DNA from: the human T2T-CHM13v2.0 reference genome, Homo sapiens | Assembly: GCF_009914755.1 (NCBI RefSeq) | Contig: NC_060925.1 | Strand: one strand, 5' to 3' | DNA length: 64,000 nt | Shown here: piece by piece, positions 14,701-30,100 of the stretch | Layout: each line of letters opens with the position of its first letter | Position numbering within the stretch: the first letter of the stretch is position 1 | Notes under the pieces: model-generated | The model's input: only the letters and a program-made list of their open reading frames with translations | What the model was told of the DNA's origin: nothing | Database searches by the model: none | Made by a program: the position numbers and the translations under genes

Positions 14701-17700
14701 GTATTGTGAATCCTTGGTACAGAACCTTAAGAATTGGGTTATGATTATGAATAATAATACAAATAGAATCATTACCATTTTCAATCTCTATAATTTATAG
14801 TTCACCCTTTCCCTTTAAAAAATGTTAGAAAATCTCTAATAAGGGTCTGCAAGCAAGAAGAATAGAAGCTCACCAACTGGCACAGGACATGAATTATTCC
14901 TAAGATACTCAGTTACATACAAGCTAATCATCTTAATATGGCAATTTTTGGCTGAACTTTCTTCTGAGAGTGATTATAACACAGTTTTCTTTTCTTTAAG
15001 CTTATTTATATAGGAAAGATTGCCATCTGGGGTGTGAAGTGACCTCACTAAGGTGAAAAATACAAGTAGGATTTACTGCATATTAGTTCTACTCCTGACT
15101 GAGCTGTGTTCGTTCATTCATTTAATATTCATCCATTGTGAAACCATGATTGAGCATCTATCTTGTAGAAGTTGTAGAATGTGTGGGGATAAAAGAAGAA
15201 ATAAGACGTGAGATCTGCCCACAGGAACTTGGAGTCTGGTGAGAAAGACAAAAGTAAGCCATTCAATGCCATAATAGTAAATATAAGTATAAATCCTGAT
15301 ACCGAGATAGACGCCTACTCCACTTTTCTTAGACCCTGAGGACTGCAGAACTTCCAGCATTACAAAGTTGATGATAAAAGAGAAATTGGCCCTTCTATTT
15401 TGTTCCTATTATGCTTTATGTTTGCTTGATTTTCTGTTTTATTTTATACTTCTCATTCAGTTTTGTCAACTGATTGATTGAGTAGCTACCATGTCACAAG
15501 ACAAAGATGATTGTGGCTTATCAAGCTTTAATATCAGCAAGGCTGACACAGTTCTGGAGGACAGGGACAGTGTGTTTAGTTTACTCCACTTGCTGTCAGA
15601 TGTGTGCCACTCAGACTCATGTCATGAGTGTTACTTGATGAATCAGGCATTGATAATTAGTTCATAATTGTGTATTCAAGATTCCTATGAAATAGCCAAG
15701 AACTTGGAACACCATGTGCCTGCTAGGAGAAAAGCACAGTTAACAGAAGCTTTTATCCCCACTCACTTTTATTCCTATCCAGAGCTCACGTAAGTGTCAT
15801 GGGTTGAAGGAAAAAGTGACGTCTCATTGATTTCTCAAGATGTGATTAAAGTAACATGACTTGTAGGTATATAAAATTTGAGAATTAAAGCCAACAAAAA
15901 AATGAGGAATTATAATAGCTTTATAGTGATGAACATTCTTCACAATTGTGTGATGTCATGCTAAGAAAACTCTAGCAAAAGAACCAACGTAATTCCAAAC
16001 AAGAAACAAATACATAGCCTTAAAAAAAATTATTGGCTCTGACACCCCAACTCTTGACCCTTAATACCTGCAATGATCATGAACCCTGCAGGGCCCCTTG
16101 TCACATTGTATATGTAATATTTTCTGAGTTCCTGATACTGGCCTATATTTGTTTAACATCAGTCTGCATTTACTTCCCTCCAGCCAGAGGGATTGCATGC
16201 ACCAGCTGTTTACACATCTTCAGGAGGAGGAAGGGGAGTGGTTATCTTGCTCTGCACACTGTCTCATGTCAGAAAAGTTTCCAAGTCACTGAGGGATGTG
16301 TGAGACCACAGAGTTGAAGGAAAGTTCGGTCTTTAGTATTTCCTTTTCTGTCTTCTTACGTTAAAAGTACTAAACACAGGCTCACCCAGGCTTTCACTTC
16401 ATGGGCCGACTGCACTGCCTGTGTTTCCTAAAGACGGGGACAGTGGGGCAGTCAATTGTTGAAATGCTAATGACTCCAAAACTTTTCTTAACCTCCCCAA
16501 GCTGTCTAAAATAACTTAATATGCAACCATTCTTAGGGCTTTTGTTTAGCAGCTTAAAAGATTTCCCAGGTGAACAGAAGGGAGAGGGAGAGAGAGCATA
16601 CTGATGGCAAAGTAAAGCTGAGGGTAAGATGGAAATTATACAAAGATTACACAATAGTGTAGGGAGGGTAGCACTTAACACTGACCACCTGGATGGCCAT
16701 TCAGAGTCCTTCATCCACAGTGCACTCCTTAGGACTCTAGTCCATGCACCACATTTTTGTGCCACTGCTGAGAGATAGGTCAATTGTGAAAAGATAGTGC
16801 TTTTGTTACTTAGATGGCAGACACAAACTGCATGAATTAAAGCCCTTTAGTTTGAGTTTAGTTTTCATGGTAACTTTGAAAAAGGCAAGATATGTAATAC
16901 AGACAAAATAATAGAGGTATAAGAAATAGGAGCAAAATGCCTGTGCACCATGCAAGAAGGGCACGGACAGAAGACTGGTTCACCCAGACTCCACTTAGGA
17001 AGCCTCAACCATATAGAAGGTCCCGCGCAAGCATGTGCAAACATGGTCATAACCAAAATCTTATGCTTAAGGAGCTTTATAAGCAAGTGCTGACTTACAC
17101 TAGACATTCACTTTACAAAGGGCACTCACAAATATTGGCTCATGTAATCCTCTCTGTAGCACTGTGAAGTAAAGAGGGCAATAGATTCTTCTGGTTTAAG
17201 TAATGTTTCCCAAGGCAATGAGAGTAAAATGTAGTGGAGCCATGTTTGTCTTCAGATTCCAGCTTCTGGGCCCTTTGTACTTATAGTCAGTGACTGAGAC
17301 ATTTACGCCTAAGAAAGGGAACAAATATGTAATTACTGAGCAGACCATAACCAGGGCTGTAATACCCTAGGGATATTGTCTCATTTTTTTTTCACTTTTT
17401 CTTTTTTCCCCGTTCATCCATAAATATATTAATATTACTTACATGCCCAAACTGTTGGACAATTAGAAATTCATATTACTTACCCCCATTATATCATCAT
17501 TGTAGTATTATTAGGAAGGGAAGATTTCTTAAAATGTATCCACGTGCTTACACTTTGCTTTAAGTATTGAAATAATTGGATATGCATTGAACTTCTTAAA
17601 TTTAGTTATTTATAATAAAAATATAGGACTATAATTGTGAATCTTCAGAAACATGTTGCTGCTGAAAGCAATGGAAATCCAAGGAAAACACACACACAGG

Positions 17701-19839
17701 AACACACAATCCCATAATGTCTTACTGACATCCTGCAACATTCTTCCATCAGCTATGCACTAAAGATGCAAACTACCAAATAGCAGAGGATAAATCATAG
17801 TTCCCTGCCTGTTTTCCATTTGGTATGCCTGTATTCACAACCTTGATAGCAATAAGTAAAGCTTCTGTTTCTTTTTCAAAAATTTTATAGAATGCTCTCA
17901 TGTCCTTTTCTTCCCCTATTCCTCCTCCCACAATTCAGCTCACTCAGAAAATGCTATAAAGTTTCAAAGAAGAGGTTTGCTCAAAGCAACTACAAATAAA
18001 GTGCATGCACATAAATAACTTAGCCTGACTTTTTGTTTAATGTCCAAGATGATTGGGACAGATTGTATCATGAACTACTTTCCCTTTGGCTAATTAAATA
18101 GCAGTACCCACTTACCATAAAGCATATTCTTATTAAAACAAGTATCTATAGTCACTCTGCTGGATAAATTACTCCCAAGTAAGTGCCATAAAGCCCATTA
18201 CATTCCTGCTTTAGGAATGGAGCAGGTCCAAACAGACAATCAAAGGATTTCACTGGGATTATTTTAGATTAGAAAAACTAAGGGAGACATGCGGCACTGA
18301 CAAGATCGTAAAGGCATAAAGGATAAATTAGTGGTTCCATACAAAACAAAGTGCTCTAGTGTATCACGGTATATCCAAAAGTAAAAACAAATTCCTACTG
18401 TATTAACCTTCGCCAGAATGGAAATCTGTTTATGCAGAAATAAAAATGTCATGAACAACTGTTATCTCCTGTGCAAATCAAAATGACTGTTTTGAATAAT
18501 AATTTTAAAAAATTCTTCCAAATCAACAACTATGGAAAAATATGCCACAGGAAGGAAAATGCCTTCATTTCAAGAAATTTCTTTTTACATTTAATAGAAA
18601 AGGTTATGTTATGGTTTATCATATTAATGAGCCATTATTTCATAACCATATTTTCATTGCAATATATTACCTGCTAAGTGATGCCCTTTTTTCCAGCAGA
18701 AAAAATTTCAGAGAAGAGATTCTATGGAAGTTTTTCTTGCTGCCAGTTGTTAAATCTTTCAAAAGCTGTCAGCAGCCTCAGAAATCAAGTTCAAAATACC
18801 ATAGCCAACATGAGCCATAGACATAGGCTAGTCTATTTTTAAACTGTAATACAAAACTGCCAGAGAAATACCTAAACGCAAATGATTATTTAAAACGATA
18901 TCATCTTATCTAGCTTGTCAATGTAAAGGACAAAGTCAGTGAAGTGAAATTTAACCCACAACGTCTATAAATATCACTAGACATTTGGAGCTAAGTGATT
19001 TTTTTCAGGCTAATTTTTCCTTAAACTCATTATGCACTATAGCCTTCATGCTCTAATCCCTCACAGACTCTGCCCAGGCTAGCCACAGGGAATATGGGAC
19101 ACTAAGCATCCAAGGCAGTCAACAGGCTCAATTCCCTACTTTGCCTGAGTTCAGCAAGCCCTTTTCCTTAAGGGCAAATGGATGGCAAAGACATTGGCAT
19201 CTGCACTGGAAACTTCCGCAGGAAAGGAGCCATACTTGTTTGTACAAATAGCATTCTGGGTTTGCCCTGTGTCTGCAAGCGTTGATTCACCATATTGCTT
19301 CTGAAGGAGAAGACTATCCTCGACGTTGCAATCAGAGCCACATCAGCTGGGTCCCTCTCAGGATATTCCACGCTTATGACAGTGAGCTAGTTATCTGATG
19401 GAAACAGAGGTGAGACATTTGGGTGTATTTTCCTGCTTAAGCTGCTGCTGCTGTCATATTCTTGATGGTGAAGCCCTGAAGAAACAAGGCAGGTGCTGTC
19501 ATTTCTTAAGGTACTGACTGCCTTTGCTGTCAGTTCATGGGGATGCTCACCTTTGGCTGCTGCTGATAGATGTTACAGCCCATCATTCATTTCACACAAA
19601 TTTTTTGAGAGTATAATATGTGACAGCAATGAATTAGGTGCTGTAGACAAAAGGGAACAAGACAGGTGAGGCTCTTACTCTCAAGGAACTTTAAGTCTAG
19701 TGAAGGAGACAAACATTGAGTAAGTATTCGAAGAAAGTAGATATTTGGGGTCTATAAAAATGTAGTTTGGGGAAAACTCCTACCACATTTTTCCCTTAAA
19801 AATATGATACATATAATATAGAAATATATGCATGTTGCA

Positions 19840-20990
19840 AAATACATAAATAATACAATACTGTGAAAATTTTCCTTCCTTTTCCCTGTAACTTACACCT
19901 TTCCTGTAGGTAACTACTACACTCACATTTGAAAATAATATCCAGACAAGTACCTACCTACATATATGTACACACATATAGGTTTACTTTTCTCTTCTAT
20001 ATAAATGGGATTATGGTATAAATATGATGTAACTGAAAATTGTATCTGAGAACATTTTCTATGTAAATATAGAGACATACCATATTTTGTCATTATTAAG
20101 TTCCCATATGTGAACACAACATAATCTACATAACCATTTCCCTTTGATGAGTGTATTTGCTTGGTGACTATAACAAACTAGCACAAATTAGATGCCTTAA
20201 AACAACAGAAATATATTCTTTCACAGTTCTGGAGGCCAGAAGTCTCAAATCAGTATTACTGGTCAGAAATCCAGGTGTCAGCAGAGCCATGCTCCCTCCA
20301 GAGGCTCTGTGGAAGAAATCATTTCTTGCCTCTTCCAGCTTTTGATGTCTGTCAGCATTCCTCAGCTTGTGGCTACATCAGTCCGGTCTTCAAGGTCAGC
20401 ATCTTCAAAGATCTATCTGTCCCAGCTTCCCACTGCGTGTGTCAAATCCCCCTTTGCCTTTTTCTTATAGGGATACTTGTGATTACATTTAGGTCCCACT
20501 TAGATAATTCAAAGTCATCTCCCCATCTCAAGATCCTGAAATTATTTCTACAACGTCCTTTTTTTTCTCCATAGAAAGTAAAATGCACAGATTCCAGGAA
20601 TTAGAACCTAATAACTCTGGGGGCCATTGTTTGGCCTACTATAGTGGATGTTTAAGTTGTTTCTATTTTTCAATACAAACAATGCAGCTATAATGATCAT
20701 TGAACATTTATATTTGTGCACTTGTGTAAATATTTTGGTAAGTGAAATTCCTAAAAGTGAAGTTTCAGAACCAAAGAGTTCATGCAACAAAATATTATTA
20801 AATAATGCCAACATACTGTCCAGGAAAAAAAATGTTCCACATCACGGTGTACTCTCCAAAAAACTCGATGCAGAAGCTCATTTTCCTACATTTTTGTCAG
20901 CATTACATATTTTATCTTTGTTCTTGTCAACTTGAAAAGTAAAAACTGGCAACATATTGTTGATTGAATTTTCTTCTTATTAACAGGCTT
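19840..20990 (-). mobile_element. Old L1ME-type 3' fragment, interrupted by an MLT1 LTR
   Basis: Antisense L1M 3'UTR motifs on both sides of the LTR: AACCATTTCCCTTTGATG...GTTTAAGTTGTTTCTATTTT...ACAAACAATGCAGCTATAATGATCATTGAACAT. Confidence 0.7.
20152..20643 (-). mobile_element. MaLR solo LTR, MLT1C/D/E-like
   Basis: TATAACAAACTAGCACAAA...CTTAAAACAACAGAAAT...CACAGTTCTGGAGGCCAGAAGTC...GATTACATTTAGGTCCCAC...GGGGCCATTGTTTGGCCTACTA. Confidence 0.88.
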
Positions 20991-23294
20991 AAAAATCCTT
21001 ATTTGTAATAGGGTAAACAGCAGGGGAATTAACTGAAGGAAAGATTTAGAATAACTGAGCAAATTGTGCCTCATTCATACCACTTTCTCTGCTATGGAGA
21101 GCACAGAGGGCAGTGGCTTTCTGACTGCAGGAAGAAAGAGAACAGCTCACTATGTAATGTATGATCTCTTTAGGGTTTGCGAGCACAGAGTAGGTGTGTA
21201 GGGAGGTGTAAGAAGTACAGTGAAGCTTGACACTTTAGTTGACCTTTATAACAGACATGGCAAGGTGGGGGTGGGGTGGGCAGAAGGAGAGCCACATCTG
21301 CCCAGCAATTAAACAAGCACATTGAACTCTCCATCCACATGGTAAGTCCTCCTTATTTAGGGAATTGTAGTGGCTTCCTTTGTCTAACACTCCTTGCCTT
21401 CTAATCCAAGGCTCATGGCCAACCCTCACTCTTAACGATGAAGGCTACTGGGAAATGGATCTCTACAAATCTAAAAGGAAACTTACACCAGCTACCTATA
21501 CTAACTAGCGGCAACTCACTTATGAGACTAATCTCACAACCAAGGAAAACTAGAAAGTTGAGGAAAACTAACACATGAAAGAGATGGATCAATGCTGACA
21601 AAAAGAAAAAGAAAAATTCATCTTAGTGACAACAGCAATAATACAAAGAAAAGATTTAAAAATTTTAAACAGTTTTCTACTTATAATCCTCAGTTTTCAC
21701 CACAATGTATCTGCAAATAAATATGAATCAGATAATGCCATAAATTATAGTAGGCCCGATAGAATGGAAAAACATGTAGCTGCTGGAAAGCAAAAGGTGT
21801 ACCTATCTGTACTGCCATAGAAGAAAGCCTATGATTTGATGTTAGGTGAAGAGAGTTAGTTGCAGAGTGCTGTGGTTGGTGTAATTCCAGGTTCTGAAAA
21901 CTTGTAAATACATGGAAGAAAGTGTGAAAGATATACACCAAACTGTTCAGTTTAGGAGAAGGAAGGAGGGGAAGACTGGATTTGTTTTACTCCTTCTGTA
22001 TATTTAAATTATACTGCAGTGGGTATGGATTATGTTTGTAGTTGAAAAATAAACTAAAGGGTTAGAGAAATAAGAGCATCTTTCATTGATAGAACTTGGT
22101 TTAGTTCTAATGCACTGGACAGCACAGAGATGTTTAACACTAGTTTTAATAATAGCTTGTAAATCAGAATGAACTTGGTACAAAAGACAGCCTCCATTCC
22201 TCCCTATTCATTTAAAGCCCTTTTAATCATACATATGGGTGTCATTGCAGGGTATATGTGAGACAAGAGACATTGGTGACACCACACCTCTACTTTTGCT
22301 TTTATTCCCCAACACCTTCATACCCACCTGATAAAGATAAATTAATGGGAGTTCAAAGAAGTGCAAACAATTGATCATCAGTCTGAAGGCACTGACTTGG
22401 AAGGATGGATTAGAAAGACTGAATATGCATCTGGTAAAGTAAAGGACAACGGGGTTGGGTAGGAGAAAAGAAGAACGTGATTAGTATCCAAAGAGAACTT
22501 GAAAATAAAAGATTCTAAAAAGGGCAAGTCTGATTCTTAACTGGGAGCTAGCAAATGATTAATAAACTTAGATGAAAACCACCCTATATATTCTCCCTGT
22601 GGTGGACCTATTTATTTTTAGATCCTGTCTGAGGATGTTGATCTAAAAGGAGATATTCTTGGGGGATTGTCTCTGGAGAGGGGAGAGGCAGAGTCTCCAT
22701 GACCAGGGGCCCCAGAGTGACCAAGGGACCTCAGAGCCCCCCATGTACAGATTGTCCCCAGTGTTAGTTTATAGCATGACTGGTGCATGGGTCAGCTTCA
22801 GAACAGGGCCAGGAAGCCCATGTCTCCACTTCTAAAGCTTATTCCCAGCCTCTCCACCACTGCTCCCACAGCGCTTTCTTATGTTGCAAGCATAGCGTTC
22901 AGTTTATCATATTTTGTTTTCATCTCTCCCACTAGCCTATAGGCTCATGACCAGCAGGAAACTATTTCTTAAACATGGTCTCATCTGAAAAACACCAAGC
23001 TTGGAACTGGGGCACATAGAAAGTACCCCCCACAAATATTTGTAAATTGAAGAAGTCGAGTAAGATTGACTGCTTGTTGCTTTGAATGAGTAAGTCAAAG
23101 GAGGAAAATGTGAGGAATCTATTCCAGTACAGACAGAATATAGCCACAAAGTTCTCAGAAAAACTGAAAGACATGTCAAAGGCAATAAAAGAGGTGTTAA
23201 GTAACACCACTTTGAGATACACAGATGCATATGAAATCATAATAATCTGTTGTTTTTGTAATCTAATTTTCATTTCTTTAACAGTATACAGTAG

Positions 23295-23825
<531 letters not shown>

Positions 23826-24097
23826 AAAGAGAACTGTCTACAACTAATCTCATAGACCTGGTCCTCTTGCTCTACCACCTGTTCAACTTCTTTCACTAAT
23901 GAAATCCCTGCATACTTCACAATGTTTTATTATATTTTATAACCTCTCACTCTTCACCTATCAATTTAGTCCAACATTATCTCGGCAAAGAAGGTTCATT
24001 CACATCGTAGCAGGTATCAGCACGGCATTCTTTTTTTATAACTGAATAATATTCCATTGTGTGGATATGCCACATTTTGTTTATCCATTCATCATTT

Positions 24098-24237
24098 TTT
24101 AAAAAATGTATTATATTTTTTAGAGACTAGGTTTCCCTATGTTGCCCAGGCTGGCCTCGAACTCCTGGGCTCAAGCAGTCCTCCCACCTCAGCCTCTACA
24201 GTAACTGAGATTACGGACATGTGACACTGTACCCAGC
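24098..24237 (-). mobile_element. FLAM/AluJ left monomer inserted in L1
   Basis: ATGTTGCCCAGGCTGGCCTCGAACTCCTGGGCTCAAGCAGTCCTCCCACCTCAGCC. TSD TCCATT(C/A)ATCATTT is at 24084-24097 and 24238-24251. Confidence 0.88.
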
Positions 24238-27111
24238 TCCATTAATCATTTGAGGGGCATTTGAATTATGTACAGTTCTTGACTATTTTGAATAGTTTTT
24301 CTGTAAACACCCCTCTCCACATTTTTGTGCAGATATATATTTTAATTTCTCTTGGTATATACCTCGAAATGGGATAGCTAGGTTATATTGTAACTCTAGG
24401 TTTAACTTTTCGTAAAACTGTGAAACTGTTTTCCAAAGAGTGTGCACCATTATACATTCACCACTAGTAGCAAATGAGGGTTTTAATTTCTTCACATTCT
24501 TGGCAAAACTTGTCATTATCTGTCTTCTTTATTATTGCCATCTTAGTGCATGGGAATTGGTGTCTTGTTATGGGTTTGATTTACATTTACCTAATGATTA
24601 GTGATTTTGAGCATCTTTTCACATGATTATTGGCAATTTGTATCTCTTCTTTGGAGAAATGTCTATATAAGTCCTTTGCCCATTTTTCAAGTGGGTAGTT
24701 TGTCTTTTTATTCTTGACTTATAAGATTTCTCTATATATTCTGGATAAAAATCCTTTTTGCAAATATTTTCTTCCATTCTGTGGGCTTTTTCATTTTCTC
24801 GATAGCGTTGTTTGAAACACAAATGTTTTTAATTTTGACTTTAAATTTCAATTAATTTTGAAGCCTAATAAATATTTTTTACTTTTGACACTTGTGGTTT
24901 TGGTGTCACATTTAAGAGATCATGGTCTACTCCAACTTCAGAAAGATTTATACCTGTTTTCTTCAAAGAATTTTATAGTTTTTGCTCTTGTATTTAGGTC
25001 TATGATCCCTTTTGGGTTAATTTTTGTGTGCAGTGTTAGCTAATGGTCCATCTCCAAACTTTTGCATGTGAATATTCAGTTGTGGCAGGATCATTCGTTG
25101 TAAAGACTGTTCTTTTTCCCCCACTGAACTATCTTGGCACTCTTGTTGAAAATCAATTGGCCATAAATGTAAGGTTGCCTTCTGGAATTTCAATTCTGTT
25201 CCACTGAACCATGTGCCTCATTCATCTGCTAGTATCATGCTGTCTTGATTATTGTAGCTTTGTAGTAAGTTTTGAAATTGGAAGTGTGAGTCCTCCAACT
25301 TTGTTTTCTTCCTTTCTAAAGGTTCTTTTACCTATTCTGGGTTTCTTGCATTTCTTTATGAATTTTAGGATCAGCTTGTCAAGTAAGGCAATAGGGATTT
25401 AATGAGGAATGCATTGAACCTGCAACTCAATTTGGAAATTGTTTGTCATCTTAACAATATTAAGTCTTCCGATCAGTGAACATGAGATGTCTTTCCATTT
25501 ATTTAGGTCTTATCTAATGTATTTAAATATTATGTTCTACTTTTCAGTGTACAAGTTGTATATGTGTTTTGTTAAATTTATTCATGAATATGTTATTCTT
25601 TTAGATGCCATTATAAATTAATTGTTTTCTTAATTCGATTTTTGCATGGATCATTGTTATCATATAAAATACAATTGAATTTTGTCTAATTTTCTTGTAT
25701 CCTACAGTTTTATTGAGTGTGCTCATTAGCTCTAATCACGATTTTGTAGTTCCTTAGAATTTTCTATACATAAGTTTTTGATATATGTGAAAGGGAGTAT
25801 TTCATAGCCTCTTTTTGAAACTGGATGCCTTTTAGTTTTTTTTCCGTGTCTAATTTCTCTGGCTGGAAACTTTAGTATAATGTTGAACATAAATGAAAAG
25901 AGTGAACTTCCCTGTGTGGCTCCTGATATTTCAGTCTTTTGTCATTAAGTATAGTATTAGCTGTATTTTTTTTGTAGATGACTTTCACAGGTTGGGGAAG
26001 TTCACTTCCATCTTCAATATCTTGATTATTTTTATCATGAAAGGGTGTTGGATTTTGTGAAAAGCTTATTCTATTAATATAGTATATTGCATTGATTGAT
26101 TTTTACTTATTTCAACTACCTTGCATTCCTGGGGTAAAATCAACTTGGTCATGTGTACAATCCTTTTTAAAACAAACATAATTGGATTCTTTTTGCTAGT
26201 ATTTTATTGAAGATGTTTATGACTATGTTCCTTAGGATTAGTGGTCTATAGTTTTCTTTTTTTCAGAATCTCTCCCTGGTTTTAGTGTCAGGGTAATATA
26301 AGCCTAATAATATGAGTTAGAAACATTTTCCTTTTGTTCCTTTTGTTCTATCTTTTGGAAGAGTTTGTGCAGGATTGGAGCTAGTTCTTTTTTGGTAAAA
26401 TTCAGCAATGAAACCATCTAAGCTTATTTTCTTTGTTGTGGGATAATTTTTTTTATTACTAATTCAATATCTTTACTTGTTCTAAATCTACTCAGACTTT
26501 TAAAAATTGATCAGTTTCAATATTTTATGTCTTTGTAAGTTATCTTATTTGTTGGAATATAATTTTTCATATTATTTCGTTAAAGTCTTTTGCTTGGTAA
26601 GATCATTAGTAATGACTGATCTTTCACGCTTAATTTTACAAATTTGAATTTTTCTTTTCTTGGTCCATCTAGCTACAGATTTTTCAATTTTGTTAGCTTT
26701 TACAAAAACACTTTTATTTTTCTTACCACACAGACTGAATAATCTCTATTGACATCTTTGAGTTCACTGATTCTTTCTTCTGCCAGCTCAAATCTGGTGC
26801 TGAAAGTTTCTACTGAATTTTTATTTCAGTTATTGTACTTTTTAACTCCAGAATTTCTATTTGGTTGCATTTTATGGCATCTGTGTCTTTATCAATTTCA
26901 CCCTCTTAGTTAGACATCATTCTCATGCTTCTCTTTAATTTTTTAGATATGATTTCCTTTAGATTTTTAAACATACCTTTAATAGGTGGTTTAAAGTCTG
27001 TCTAGTAAGTCCAATGGCTGGGTTTCCTAAAGGACAATTTCTATTAACTATTAACTGTTCTTTTTCTCCTCTGTAAGGGCCATGATTTTCCCTTTTTGGT
27101 GTAAGGTGTTT

Positions 27112-27143
27112 TTTGTTTGTTTGTTTGTTTGTTTGTTTGTTTT
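27112..27143. repeat. (TTTG)n microsatellite
   Basis: Direct reading. Confidence 0.9.
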
Positions 27144-30100
27144 TAACTTGACATATTTTAAAGTATATTGTAGTAACTCAGGAAATCAGATTTTTTCCTC
27201 CCCAAATTTGGTGGTTGATAATATTTGTTGTTGTTTTTGTTATTCTTGTTTGTTTGTTTAATGACTTTCCTTTCCTGAATTAATTACTTAAGTCTCTTTT
27301 CTTTATTGTTTTTGGCCACTGGAGTCTCCATTTAGTTAGCTTGGTTGGACAAAAATTTCCTTAAATATCTTGAACAAATAAGTCTTCCAGCCTTTGCTAA
27401 ACGGCTTTGTGTGTATGTTGGGTTACATTTTCAATGCTTGGGCAAAGAGTTTACAACTGTATCTTAACTTTCATGTCCTCCTTGTTCAGAGCCTCAAGGT
27501 CAGCCAGAGATGAGACATTAGAGCCTTTTCAAGTTTTTTGGCAGCAGGTGCACAGCCCTACACATGTGCATGCATTTTAGATTTCCAGGAAAATGTCAGA
27601 GCTTTTCAAACCCTCTATAGACCTCTAATTTCCCAGCTTTTTGTTTTAAGTTTTTTGGTCAGTTTCTTATTTGCTCCAGCTGTTATGATTTCAGGCAGCT
27701 GTGATCTCAAACAATTGCCATTGATTATTTTCCACATATGTCTTTAGAAAAAGTCTGTTCTCAGTGAGTAAAAGCTGAGTCAGGACAAATAAAAGCAAGT
27801 CCTGTGAGTGGGTATTTCCAAGGAACTTCTAGACAGGTCTAACAATCAAAATTCTCTGCAGATGGGGCTTGTGGGTCACCTCCTGTGGCTGCTCAGCTAC
27901 TGGTTTTCATGGTTATCATGGTTACAAGACTGATGGTTTTCAAGGCTAACATGCAGCAAGGGAGAGGGCAATGGGAATAGTTTAGGTTATAATACCACAG
28001 AGCTTACTGTTCTTACTGTGATCTAACAGTTGTTCTTCAATAAAGACTGCTAGAGTTTTTGCAAGCCTTGATTAGTATCCACACTTTTGAAAAGTTTATT
28101 TTGAGCATTGTTGCCAATATTCTCATTTTTATATGGAGGAAAATAATTTTGGAGGTCCTTACTCTTACATTCTGACAGTATTCTCTCTATTGATACATAT
28201 TAACAGCTTAGGTAAATTTACAAACATCTGAAAATTCTAAATTCTAAATAAATTATAAGTAAATCACTGGTCATGTCAATACTACTTCTGGTGGTGAGAG
28301 AATATAAATAAATAGCAATATAAACTAATACACTCAAAAGTTAACCAATAAGAGTAGCTAATATTTAAAAACCTTTCTCACCACAGTAATGGCTACTTTG
28401 AGCATTCTTGTTTTAAGAAATATAAATGGGAGTTTTTATTTGTCCTCAGTTCTTTGATTAAGAAAACTCCACACAATCAGCCACAGCTTTAGAAAGATAC
28501 TGACACCTTATTATTTTAAGCTTACCTTGGTTCCTGCTGGATACATCTTCCTATTTGTCTATTGACTAGTTTTTCTTGAATCATGATTTTTAGTTATTAA
28601 ATGAATTTACTAATATACCAGTTTCTGGTACAAGTAAAAGCTGTACAAATATGTAGCCAGTAGGAGATATTTCAATATTGGATTCAAGTGAGGGACATCT
28701 AGGATGCACAGTGTAAGACACTCAGAAGGATCAAAGAAAGGTGCATATATGAAGTTAAAAATCATGTCTAACCCAGAGTAGGTATCAAACAAATGATACT
28801 GCCAACCATCAAGGGAAGAAGCAGCTTATTGTAATTTTTCTCTAATTCCTCCCTTGATTCTTAAAAATTACTTTTTCAAGAATTCATAGTTTAAAAATTT
28901 GTGCGTACCCTATAAGGTCATCTTAACCAAATCGAAATGCAAGAATAGAGTTCTAGAAAGAAGTTGTTAGAAGATATTCCTCAATGTTATTTTAAATTGG
29001 CTGTTAATGATTCCAGAGTGACTGCTAAGCCTATTGAAGAAGCTAAAGAGTAATGATGTCAAATGCTTTTAAAAATGTAATTAACTATAACCTGTGATAC
29101 AGTCATATCAAACCTGCTAAGGCTTAGAAATGTAGCTGTATTTTGATCCAGCAGTATCTGGGAGAGTGAGCACACTCTGACTCTCTAAATTTAGTCATTC
29201 ATTGTTATGGCTGGCTTCACATGTTTATGATTCTATTGGAGCACATTTGTCACATGACCGTTACGTGATGACAATAACCTTTAACATAATTCAACTTCAT
29301 TACTCATTGAATATATTTTCCAAATAGATTTTTTTTATGGGGAAGACAATCCCACACAGCTTAAAAAGGCAATCTTATCAAATATATCTGCTCTTTTAAA
29401 TTAAGAGATAGGCATTCTGAAATATTTCTCTCATTGTGAATATGGTTGACATCAGTCTTTATTTTGACTTTTTTCCAGCCAACCAAACTCAAATTTATAA
29501 GTGAACTGATTCTGTTGTTTTCTTTATCTGTGTATGAGACCATGTATACATGTTAACCTCACCACATAATGACCTAACTTTTAAGTAGAAATGTATTAAG
29601 TGACTACAGTGTAACATAGAGACCTGAAAGCCTGAACTGAACTCATCTGTGGACCTTTCTAATCACTTATTTTTCCATCTCTATTATCCTCCTGTCCTAC
29701 CCAATTCCTATTCTCCATGAAAACCCACCTTTGCTTCCTTCTTTCAAATATAAAATTGTCATTTGGCAAATATAGTTCTTAAAAATTGCATCAACCTTCA
29801 CTACTCTTCCATCCTCACATGACTTGAGCTCTTGTTACGATTGCTATCAATTCATAAATGAGGCCCATCTAAAACTTGAAGCTCTATTTTTGCCATTCAA
29901 CTCAGAAACTTGGTTTATTTATGCTTGAGCTTATTATTTTGTGCTACATTTGCTCTTAATATGGATTCTGTAGTGTATCATTTTAGCCTAGAATTTAATA
30001 AACAATTATACAAATTAAACATTAAAATGACACTTTACTACACAAGCAGTTTCAGGAGTGAAGGAAGCCATCCTGGGATGGGAGCCCACAGCCCCACAGA

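Larger units (their letters stand above)
23985..28170 (-). mobile_element. Old L1M (L1MB-like) LINE: 3'UTR, ORF2 and ORF1/5' remnants with internal deletions
   Basis: T-rich antisense L1 motifs throughout: AATATTCCATTGTGTGGATATGCCACATTTTGTTTATCCATTC, TTGGAGAAATGTCTAT, GAAAATCAATTGGCCATAAATG, TGAACATGAGATGTCTTTCCATTTATTTAGGTC and GTTCACTGATTCTTTCTTCTGCC. No intact ORF. Confidence 0.88.

Noticed and set aside
24283-25621. Cluster of short ORFs with L1 ORF2-like peptides
   Set aside because: Frameshifted remnants or antisense frames of the dead L1M, not functional CDS.
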